Part shown: one piece after another, positions 30,779-38,569 of the stretch
Position numbering within the stretch: position 1 is the stretch's first letter
Layout of the letters: the number at the start of each line of letters is the position of its first letter
Assembly: GCA_948466345.1 (NCBI GenBank)
Contig: CAOKAC010000001.1
Coordinates: 194,283-258,282, forward strand
Length of the DNA stretch: 64,000 nt
Source of the DNA: an uncultured Clostridia bacterium
GTDB taxonomy: Bacteria; Bacillota; Clostridia; Oscillospirales; CAG-272
Direction of reading: 5' to 3'
Program-made: the position numbers and the translations under genes
The notes under the pieces: model-generated
Told to the model about the DNA's origin: nothing
The model's database searches: none
What the model saw: only the letters and a program-made list of their open reading frames with translations

Positions 30779-33700
30779 TCAGCTTTCTTCGAGCCACTCT
30801 TTATAGGAGAGGTCTGTCTTGCCGTTCTTGACATCTGCCTTCCAGGATTCATAATTGTTCACAGAAACGCCATTCTCTTCCATCCAATCTCTAAAGGAAT
30901 ATTCATACTCCTCAGAATACTGCATGCAGGAGTTGTCGTCCTGTTCGGTAATATCATAGGTTTCATTCCAGTATTCGCGCCACTGGCCAAAATCATCCAT
31001 TTCCATATATGCGCGGATAGCCTGCCACTCATCATCCACCATAAGCTTAAATTCCTTGCGCTTACGAGTGATTTCCCGGTTCATAACAGGTGTGTATTCC
31101 TGCAGCATATTTGATGCGTCCGCATTTTCCGAATAGCCGCGGTTTACCACAAAGTTTGCATACCGGTCAATAAAGTAACTGCCCGGATAGGAAGGAACAG
31201 AATAGGCAGACTCCAGACATGTTAAAAGCGTCTTATATTCAGAATCGGTCCATGGCTGCTCTGCAAGCGCCTCCAGATTGGCAAGCTGCTGCTTTGCAGA
31301 GGGACCCAAAAGGGCTACCATTTCTTCTGAATAATCTACTGCATAATCTTTTGATCCGATGTAATCCAACAGATCCCATGCAGCTTCCAAGTCTCTGCAG
31401 TCTTTGGTCATATACACACCATCTGCACCAGCCTCTACTGAACGGTTAATCTCACCTGTTTCCTCGTTTAAAACGCCCGGTGTCTGATAGAAGGTCCACA
31501 GGTTGCTGATTTCTGGAGCAAATACCACCAGTGTATTATAAAGACTATAATCGGCCAAAATGATCGGCATTTCACCAGATTTAAAACGGTTGGCCGCATC
31601 GAACTGTTTTGTCAGAGAGTATTGTTGATACAAGCTATTGATAAAGTCAAATGCATCCACCACTTCGTCAGAATCAAATGCACTGCGCATTCCTTCATCT
31701 TCCCAAAGGTCTCCGCCGTTCTGATACACAAAGGTTCTGTAATTTGCCTGGAATCCGATTTCCATATTATTAAATTGAAGCGTTGGGATCAGCGCAATTA
31801 CGTCATCCCAAGTTTGGGGAATTTCCACGCCTAACTGTTGTATTACATCGTTACGGACAAACATTACGGAAAAGCCTTGCCCAAAGGGAATTGCATAAGT
31901 CTTTCCATATAGAGACAACCGATTCAATGAGCTTTCCGCAAACCGGCTGACAACCTCGTCAAAGGTATCAAAATCATTCAGAGGCAGTATAGCGCCACGA
32001 ATTGCCATCTCGGTAGGATCGCCCTGGTCCAAAACAATGTCGGGACCTACTCCCGCCAAAATAGACGGCAAAATTACGTTTTGACCGGTCAGTTTAACAT
32101 TTGCTCCGATTCCGGTTTTCTGCGTGAAGCCACTGTTGATCAAGTTTTTCATAACCTGCGCTGTATCACGCCCCTTGGAAGTCCACGCCTCCAAAGTCAC
32201 ATTCGCCTCGGCTTCATCCGTTCCTTCTACACCAATTGTATTGTAGTCTGTGTAAAAGCTGGCGACAAATTTCTTAAATTCAAATACAAAGGAAGACCAT
32301 CCGCCATCTTTTCCCTGGGGCAACTCGCTGCCGACCGGTTGGATTTGAATGTAGTCTACCTGCAGATACTGCATACTCACTTCAGACAGCCATGTACCCA
32401 AAGAGGAGATCCAGGTTTTCAGTTCTCCCATATTGGCTGCGATTTCTTTTTCATCGGTAACCATCTTTTCAATTACCAATGCGGCCTGTTCCAATGTAGA
32501 GGTGTTTTCTGAACGCCCTCCGTTCATTTCCAATATATAATCTACCAGCTGGCTAAGCACGCCCTGCTGTCTGCCAAGGTCTTTGATTACATTTGGCATA
32601 ATCCGGCTAAATCCATAATCCCGGTTGGGGTCTGGATCAACGCCGGTCAGCTTAACAAGTTCCAAATAGTCGTCATTCAAGCTGTCTACCGTTTCAGCAA
32701 CCTGACGTAAAATGTCGGTAAATGCACCTTTGGTCGCTTCAAATTCCAGCGTGTAGGTTTCGCCTTCTTCAAAATAAAATTGGAAGGTAGTACTGCCGTC
32801 GTTCAGCGCGGCGGACTGCCACTTCTGATTATAAGGGAACTGACAATTCTTTGCTTCAATAAAAGGATATTCTCCGTTAATCTTCAGACTTCTGGAGGTA
32901 TACATTCCCTTTACAGTCGCCTGTTCGTACCGCAGTGCTATTTCATACAAGCCGGAGGCAGGACACTCAAATGTGTATCGGATCCACTGTCCGGAGTTGA
33001 TCCATTTTTCCCCACCCATAGTGTTTCTGTATATCAAAGCTGGGTCCTGCGGGCTGGTTCCGGCAGATGTACGGTCATAAATTGGGTAAATTGTATAGTT
33101 GGACACAGAATCAGGCATTTCCGCTTCAATCTTGATAGGGTCTGCATCGGCTGGCTCGTAACCCTTGTCCTTATATTCCTGCAGTACTTCCTCATATGTA
33201 GCAGGATCTTCATATGTATAAAAGGTAAAGTTTTCAATGGCAATAGGCTCCCGGATTCCTTCCAAGGTAATCACGTTTTCGCCGGCTTCCATATAAAACT
33301 CCAACGGCACTGTGTAGTACCCGTCTGGATCCTTCACATCATACACATCCCAAACAAAATCCACCTTTGCAGAAGGATTCAGTTCATTACCGATAGAGTC
33401 TTTTACAAACGCAGTTTCTCTATCGTCGCTCTCATACTCGTATACCCACGTTTTGGTAATACGCAGAAAACGTGCTTCATCATACGGTGCCTTGCCGTTC
33501 AGCGCAAAAAGACGTTCGATATCGTTTGTGCTGTCGCTGGTGGCACTATAATTGAGACGAATCGCATAAAAACCGCTTTTCGGAACATTGAATTTCCAGG
33601 AAATGCTTCCGTTTGCTCCTACAATCAAGCAGTCCCTACCCTGCCAGGTAGTCTTTTCCACTTCAGCATTATCCGTCTTTTCAAAGTAATCCTGTGCGTC

Positions 33701-33940
33701 AACTACAAACTCCTCGCCGGTGCGGGGCGTATCCTCGTATTCATACTTTGATTTATAATTCTCATAGGTCAGCAGCGTATATTCATCCTGAAGCTGCTTG
33801 AGCGTTACACCGGTAGAGGTGCCTTTTCCATCATTCGCCGCATCATCGGTATCTTGCGCAAATACCGGCACTGCGGATCCAATCAGCATCAGCGCACCCA
33901 GCGAGAACGCCAGAAGCTTTTTGGCCTTTCCTGTTTTCAT
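30779..33940 (-). CDS. Giant extracellular solute-binding protein (family-1 SBP core) with two N-terminal CBM6/35-like modules
   Basis: 1053 aa; type-I signal peptide (..SAVPVFA/QD), no lipobox Cys. Two similar modules: SWKFNVPKSGFYAIRLNYSA...LFALNGK and IRYTFECPASGLYEIALRYEQ...SLKINGE. C-terminal about 500 aa resemble sugar SBPs (LEAWTSKG..., YGKTYAIPFG, WDDVIAL). Confidence 0.75.
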   Translation of the reverse strand: MKTGKAKKLLAFSLGALMLIGSAVPVFAQDTDDAANDGKGTSTGVTLKQLQDEYTLLTYENYKSKYEYEDTPRTGEEFVVDAQDYFEKTDNAEVEKTTWQGRDCLIVGANGSISWKFNVPKSGFYAIRLNYSATSDSTNDIERLFALNGKAPYDEARFLRITKTWVYEYESDDRETAFVKDSIGNELNPSAKVDFVWDVYDVKDPDGYYTVPLEFYMEAGENVITLEGIREPIAIENFTFYTYEDPATYEEVLQEYKDKGYEPADADPIKIEAEMPDSVSNYTIYPIYDRTSAGTSPQDPALIYRNTMGGEKWINSGQWIRYTFECPASGLYEIALRYEQATVKGMYTSRSLKINGEYPFIEAKNCQFPYNQKWQSAALNDGSTTFQFYFEEGETYTLEFEATKGAFTDILRQVAETVDSLNDDYLELVKLTGVDPDPNRDYGFSRIMPNVIKDLGRQQGVLSQLVDYILEMNGGRSENTSTLEQAALVIEKMVTDEKEIAANMGELKTWISSLGTWLSEVSMQYLQVDYIQIQPVGSELPQGKDGGWSSFVFEFKKFVASFYTDYNTIGVEGTDEAEANVTLEAWTSKGRDTAQVMKNLINSGFTQKTGIGANVKLTGQNVILPSILAGVGPDIVLDQGDPTEMAIRGAILPLNDFDTFDEVVSRFAESSLNRLSLYGKTYAIPFGQGFSVMFVRNDVIQQLGVEIPQTWDDVIALIPTLQFNNMEIGFQANYRTFVYQNGGDLWEDEGMRSAFDSDEVVDAFDFINSLYQQYSLTKQFDAANRFKSGEMPIILADYSLYNTLVVFAPEISNLWTFYQTPGVLNEETGEINRSVEAGADGVYMTKDCRDLEAAWDLLDYIGSKDYAVDYSEEMVALLGPSAKQQLANLEALAEQPWTDSEYKTLLTCLESAYSVPSYPGSYFIDRYANFVVNRGYSENADASNMLQEYTPVMNREITRKRKEFKLMVDDEWQAIRAYMEMDDFGQWREYWNETYDITEQDDNSCMQYSEEYEYSFRDWMEENGVSVNNYESWKADVKNGKTDLSYKEWLEES

Positions 33941-34097
33941 ATGAAATCCTCCTGAAAGTGTTGCCCGCAGGCGGTCTGCCAGCCCGGGCTAAACAAGCTG
34001 CAAACGCAGCCAAGCAGTTGCCACAACCTGTTTTTATCTGGCCGTAACAAAACCACTGGGACAAAAATTCCCCTTTTGCCCCATTTGTATACAATAT

Positions 34098-34126
34098 ATG
34101 ATAACACAAGCCCGATTCCATGTCAA
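34098..34126 (-). promoter_or_regulatory. Sigma-A promoter of the 7-gene operon
   Basis: Minus strand TTGACA-17 nt-TATCAT with TGt extended -10; about 150-nt leader to the SBP ATG. Confidence 0.6.
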
Positions 34127-34480
34127 GTTGCTACATAATAATATGCGCCGAGCACCTGGGGGAGAAGCGCTCAAAAATCCACTTCCTTTTTTCCGGGACT
34201 TTCCATTTTTCTTAGTTGGAAAAAAATGGCGCTTCTTTCATCATAAAAAAGTTTTTTAATTGTTAATATAATTAACTTATTTCGAATATATACAGTTTTT
34301 TTCACAGTCCAATCACATAATGCAGTGTTCATTTTGTCAAAATGTTTTTTATACTAACATTATTGCAAAATGTGATGAAATTGTAAAAATGTCGTAAACG
34401 TAAATTTGCCAAAGCTTTTTTTGTGATATTTTCACATAAATTCAGTTGTTTTTTTTCCACATGTACAAGTTGCACAATTT

Positions 34481-34512
34481 ATAAAAAGAGGAGGGATGAC
34501 CTCCTCTTTTTT
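34481..34512. terminator. Bidirectional hairpin terminator after the polysaccharide deacetylase gene
   Basis: AAAAA-AGAGGAGG-GATGA-CCTCCTCT-TTTTT. Confidence 0.7.
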
Positions 34513-34518
34513 CAACTA

Positions 34519-35475
34519 TCATCCCCAACCTAACCGAGACAGTATCGCCGCGCCGCTCATGCCTCTAGAAACCCGAACACGGGGAATTGTCAGTGGATTG
34601 CAGCCGGACGTATCCGGACTATTTACCGTAGTATAACCAAATTTGTAATACCGAGCCGCTTCTTCTATTACAAAATCATTGAGTGTTCCGCCCGGATAGC
34701 AGATTGCTGTCGGATACCTTCCTGTTAAATCACATAGTCTCTGAGCAGACCCCGCAAACTGCTCCCGCAACCCTTCCGCGGAGAGAGATGTCAACGAAGG
34801 ATGGGTAACCGTATGGGAATCAAACTGTACCAAGCCGCTGTCTGCCATTTCTCGGATCATATCCTCTGTAAGATAACCAGGCGCATCAATATTGGCTGTA
34901 ATCATAAATATCGTCGCCTTAGCGCCATATTTTTTTAATATAGGAAACATTTCCGTATAGTTGTCCTCATAACCATCGTCAAATGTAAGAATAATGCTCC
35001 GCCCCTTCGTATTAGCATATTCATCGGCAAATAAAAATTCACAGCCCGTGGAGAAAAGCGCCTGCAGATGCTCCTCAAATTCTGACGGACGCACAAATAA
35101 ATTGGTAAGACTCGTGTAGGGCTCTTCTAAAATCAAATGATACATCAGGGCAGAAGGCGCATATTGTCCAGCAGGAATTGTTTCTTCTAAAGGAGGTTTT
35201 GCAAAAATATCAATCTGTCCGCCGCCCTCCACTTCCACGGTTTCCACCGGCAGCACAGTGGTTTCAGGTGTCTGTGGTGCGGTTGTTTCAGGAGAGGGTG
35301 CAGTCGTTTCCAGGACAGCAGATGTCGACTGCACTTCCTCGGTGCGTTGCTCTGTAGTCTCCTCTGTGGCAGGAGCGGTAGAAGTAGGACGCAGCATCGG
35401 CTGCGCGCAGCCCGCAAACAAAAGCGCCGCCGCTAAAAAAAGCGTTTCCCCTGCAATACGCCATCTTTTTTTCAT
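34519..35475 (-). CDS. Polysaccharide deacetylase (NodB homology) lipoprotein
   Basis: ORF trimmed to ATG 35475 (MKKRWRIAG; AGGAGG upstream). Lipobox LLFAGC; Thr/Glu/Pro-rich linker; NodB motifs ILTFDDGYEDNY and FDSHTVTH. Confidence 0.85.
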   Translation of the reverse strand: MKKRWRIAGETLFLAAALLFAGCAQPMLRPTSTAPATEETTEQRTEEVQSTSAVLETTAPSPETTAPQTPETTVLPVETVEVEGGGQIDIFAKPPLEETIPAGQYAPSALMYHLILEEPYTSLTNLFVRPSEFEEHLQALFSTGCEFLFADEYANTKGRSIILTFDDGYEDNYTEMFPILKKYGAKATIFMITANIDAPGYLTEDMIREMADSGLVQFDSHTVTHPSLTSLSAEGLREQFAGSAQRLCDLTGRYPTAICYPGGTLNDFVIEEAARYYKFGYTTVNSPDTSGCNPLTIPRVRVSRGMSGAAILSRLGWG

Positions 35476-35652
35476 ACCAGCCTCCTGTTTTTGTTTATAT
35501 AATAGTATTGTACACAATCGTGCAAAAACTGTCAATCTTTTTGTTGTTTCCAGAAATTACGCTATTGTCCCTCAAATAATCGTATAATCTTGTTTTTTCA
35601 CGAAAAATGTTGTATTATGATATATAAAAACTTCTATAAGGAAGGTACATCC

Positions 35653-36078
35653 ATGATCGTATCCACTAAAGGCCGTTATGCACTGCGGGTCATGCTGGCC
35701 CTTGCCGACGAGAAAACCTGCAATTATGTCCCCTTAAAGGTAATTGCACAAAAAGAAGATATTTCTTTAAAATATCTGGAAAGTATTCTTGTGATTCTTA
35801 GTCGGGCCGGCTTTGTAGATGCGCTGCGTGGGCGGGGCGGTGGATACCGACTTGCAAAGTCTCCTGGAGAATACACAGTCGGCAGTATTCTCCAGCTTAC
35901 GGAAAGTACCATGGCTTCCGTTTCCTGCCCCGAATGTGTGGAAGGAGCGTGTGACCGGTCTAGGGCATGCAAAACTCTGCCTTTGTGGCGAGGTCTGGAC
36001 AAAATCGTATCAGAATATTTGGACGGAGTCACTCTAGAAAATCTGATGGATCCTGCCTTTTTCAAATCAGACGATTGA
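35653..36078 (+). CDS. Rrf2-family transcriptional regulator (probable Fe-S cluster ligands)
   Basis: ORF trimmed to ATG 35653 (MIVSTKGRYALRVMLALA); wHTH; Cys cluster CPECVEGACDRSRAC. Confidence 0.85.
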   Translation: MIVSTKGRYALRVMLALADEKTCNYVPLKVIAQKEDISLKYLESILVILSRAGFVDALRGRGGGYRLAKSPGEYTVGSILQLTESTMASVSCPECVEGACDRSRACKTLPLWRGLDKIVSEYLDGVTLENLMDPAFFKSDD

Positions 36079-36089
36079 AGGATGCATAC

Positions 36090-38417
36090 ATGAACAAAGA
36101 ATTGCGGCTGCGGCCTTTGTTTGGCGGGTGCCTAGGAATGTATCTCGGCGTATGGAGTCTGAATACACTTTTGGCACAAAGTATTTTGGGAAAACAAATA
36201 CGAATCGCCTTTGGAGTTTTGCTTTGCTTGGCTATCGCCGGGGCGCTGCTCTTGTGGTTTCGGCCATGCAAAATCAAAGAAAGACGAAATACGGGAGCGG
36301 GCACGATCGGAACCTGGCTCCCGTTTGTAGTTGCTCTGTTGATCGGATGCAGCATCGCCTGTTGGTTTACCTTATGGGAAGAAATACGGCAAGAGCATTA
36401 TGATCGTTTAGCAGGGCAGCAAGCTCACATCACCGGCATTATTATGGAAGAAAAGTTGTCGTCTTCCTACAGTGGAATTTACACAGTATATATAGATTCC
36501 ATAGACGGTGAAAAAGACGGCTTTCCAGTTACCATGGAAACAGAAGACAAGTTAGAGGTAGGCGGTGGTATAGACGGAACCGTTTCCTTTGAGGCACTGG
36601 GCGCACGGCAGACATTTGATCCGGATCAGCGGGAGTATTCCCGCTCCAAAGGGATACGGGCAGAGGCAGTCTCGCTGGATATTCGATTTGTCAGCAGGTC
36701 TGTCCCGCCGGTACAGCGAATTTTGTTGTGGGGTAAAAATCTACAAAAACATCTCTCCGCCATTTTAACAAACCTGCTTGGTGATGAGGCAGGGGGATTT
36801 GCCTCCGCCCTGTTTCTAGGAAACCGGAATGTTTTACCGGATCGAATCAAGCGGGATTTTAGTCGGCTTGGTATTTCTCATATTTTGGCGCTGAGCGGTA
36901 TGCATCTGACCGTTATTACCGGATTTGCCGGCGCGCTTGGACGGCGGATCGGCCGGCGTTGGGGAACTGGGTTTTCCATAGGGATTGCGCTTTTGTATAT
37001 GGTCATCTCCGGGTTTACTCCTTCTGTCACACGAGCGGGGATCATGCTGCTGATCTGCATGTTTTTAAAAATTCTGGGAAAAGGAAGCGACAGCTTTACC
37101 AATCTGGGAATCGCCGTATGCTTGATTCTTTTGTGCAGCCCTGGCGCTGCGCGAGATGTGGGGCTGCTTTTATCCTTCTGGGGCGTCCTGGCGGTGCTGC
37201 TGTACAATCATGCAGCAAAAAAGCCTGCCTTTGTGCAGGAAAATCAAAAGACAGGCGTACTTGTCATGGCACTTCAATGGACCAAATCAGCGGGAAGCTT
37301 TTTTCTCCTCTCTGTCTGCGTGGTATTATTTATGCTGCCGCTGACCTGTTTGCTGTTCAAGCAAATTTCCCTAGTCGCGCCCATCGCCTGTGTTATTTTC
37401 AGTCCGCTTGCTACCATACTGCTTTGGCTACTGCCGCTTTTGCTGCTGGTATCCCCCTCTCCGCTGTTTACAGGAATCTTACTTCCTATAGTTCAAGGGA
37501 TTTGCAGTATAACCATCAATCTCTCCAAAGTGCTGGCCAGACTGCGAAACATTTGCGTCTCTACATATTACCCTTTCGCTCCCCTGCTGACAATTGCTAT
37601 ATTCTGCTTTGTCTTATGGGCGTTGGCTGCCAAAAAAGGGAAACGGCGCATCCCGGTTTTCTGCACCATAGCTGCAATATTTGTGCTTGGCGGCTGTATT
37701 ACAGGATGGCGCGTGGCACATGCAGAGCAGACTGCGGCGGTTATGATCAACAGCGGTATGGACAACGGTACTTGGGCTGCGAAAAACGATGGTCTGTTGG
37801 TAACACACGGAGAGCAGGCGCTTCTAATCGACATAACAGCAGGAGGGTACTCCACGCTTCGCAGAGGCGCCTCCGTATCCAAGCCGCTTTACTGCACAGA
37901 AATTGAGGCCGTGATGCTCACGCATCTGCATAATAAACACATCGAATCCCTAGAAAAGCTGTGGAATCGGGAAATGGTACGGCAAATATGGGTGCCAAAC
38001 GAGGATACGGAAGCTGCTTATCGGTTGTATGAAAAAGCTGCGGCAGCAGGGATAGAAATCGTTACATATACCCCGGGAGAGACGCTTTCCTTTTTGGGAA
38101 CCCGCGTCGTTACCCATGAGAGCGGTTATCTGGAACGGTCGGTACAGCCCATTATCCGCTTAGATGTAGAAGCAGGAGACAGTCGTATGGTATATTTGGG
38201 CGCCTCCTGGGCAGAAGCCTACAGCTTAGAGGAATTTCAAGCAAAAGATACCGAAGTTTTATGGTTTGGCGCACATGGGCCCCTGTATAAAACGGAAGTA
38301 AATGTCGCCGACCTTTCTGCGGTAAAATCTGTATTTTGCACCGGACAGGCGCTGGAATATGTGCATATCGGAGACAAGCCTCCATCACCGTACGCTTTTA
38401 TCTTTCCCAAAGAATAA
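36090..38417 (+). CDS. comEC: ComEC/Rec2-family membrane protein with a degenerate C-terminal metallo-beta-lactamase domain
   Basis: ORF trimmed to ATG 36090 (MNKELRLRPLFGG). Competence-domain block LGISHILALSGMHL..., many TM segments; C-terminal THLHNKH where ComEC proteins usually carry an H/DxDxDH-type motif. Confidence 0.75.
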   Translation: MNKELRLRPLFGGCLGMYLGVWSLNTLLAQSILGKQIRIAFGVLLCLAIAGALLLWFRPCKIKERRNTGAGTIGTWLPFVVALLIGCSIACWFTLWEEIRQEHYDRLAGQQAHITGIIMEEKLSSSYSGIYTVYIDSIDGEKDGFPVTMETEDKLEVGGGIDGTVSFEALGARQTFDPDQREYSRSKGIRAEAVSLDIRFVSRSVPPVQRILLWGKNLQKHLSAILTNLLGDEAGGFASALFLGNRNVLPDRIKRDFSRLGISHILALSGMHLTVITGFAGALGRRIGRRWGTGFSIGIALLYMVISGFTPSVTRAGIMLLICMFLKILGKGSDSFTNLGIAVCLILLCSPGAARDVGLLLSFWGVLAVLLYNHAAKKPAFVQENQKTGVLVMALQWTKSAGSFFLLSVCVVLFMLPLTCLLFKQISLVAPIACVIFSPLATILLWLLPLLLLVSPSPLFTGILLPIVQGICSITINLSKVLARLRNICVSTYYPFAPLLTIAIFCFVLWALAAKKGKRRIPVFCTIAAIFVLGGCITGWRVAHAEQTAAVMINSGMDNGTWAAKNDGLLVTHGEQALLIDITAGGYSTLRRGASVSKPLYCTEIEAVMLTHLHNKHIESLEKLWNREMVRQIWVPNEDTEAAYRLYEKAAAAGIEIVTYTPGETLSFLGTRVVTHESGYLERSVQPIIRLDVEAGDSRMVYLGASWAEAYSLEEFQAKDTEVLWFGAHGPLYKTEVNVADLSAVKSVFCTGQALEYVHIGDKPPSPYAFIFPKE

Positions 38418-38457
38418 CGCAAAAGCCGCAAATCAGGCTAAAACCGCAAAATATACG

Positions 38458-38486
38458 TTGACAAATCTCCCCCTCTCCTGTATCAT
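38458..38486 (+). promoter_or_regulatory. Sigma-A promoter for the GH31 gene
   Basis: TTGACA-17 nt-TATCAT. Confidence 0.55.
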
Positions 38487-38569
38487 GTAACGGTTAATGC
38501 TGCTTGCCTCATAATGAAACTTTTTTGTATCATTATGTTACGCCTTGGTGCAGCAGATTGGAGGCTTCT

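Noticed and set aside
32780-33751. 323-aa plus-strand ORF inside the giant SBP gene
   Set aside because: It is antisense to a coding region with signal peptide, RBS and SBP motifs, and it has no features of its own.
34422-34436. TGTGA-N5-TCACA palindrome as a CRP/FNR- or Rex-type site
   Set aside because: The spacer is 5 nt, whereas CRP/FNR and Rex consensus sites as I recall them need 6. It is kept only as part of the repeated half-site observation.
35967-36089. Upstream extension of comEC (track start 35967), and similar extended starts at 2972, 13167, 16247, 21489, 22723, 35535, 35590, 38504, 42886, 48039, 48177, 55286, 57209 and 61687
   Set aside because: The extensions overlap neighbouring genes or use TTG/GTG codons without an RBS. 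Downstream ATGs with GGAGG-like sites give N-termini that match the expected family starts.
36959-37906. 315-aa alternative-frame ORF within comEC
   Set aside because: It is out of frame within a gene whose main frame gives a coherent polytopic ComEC sequence. Its translation is Arg/Cys/Ala-rich, typical of an off-frame read.
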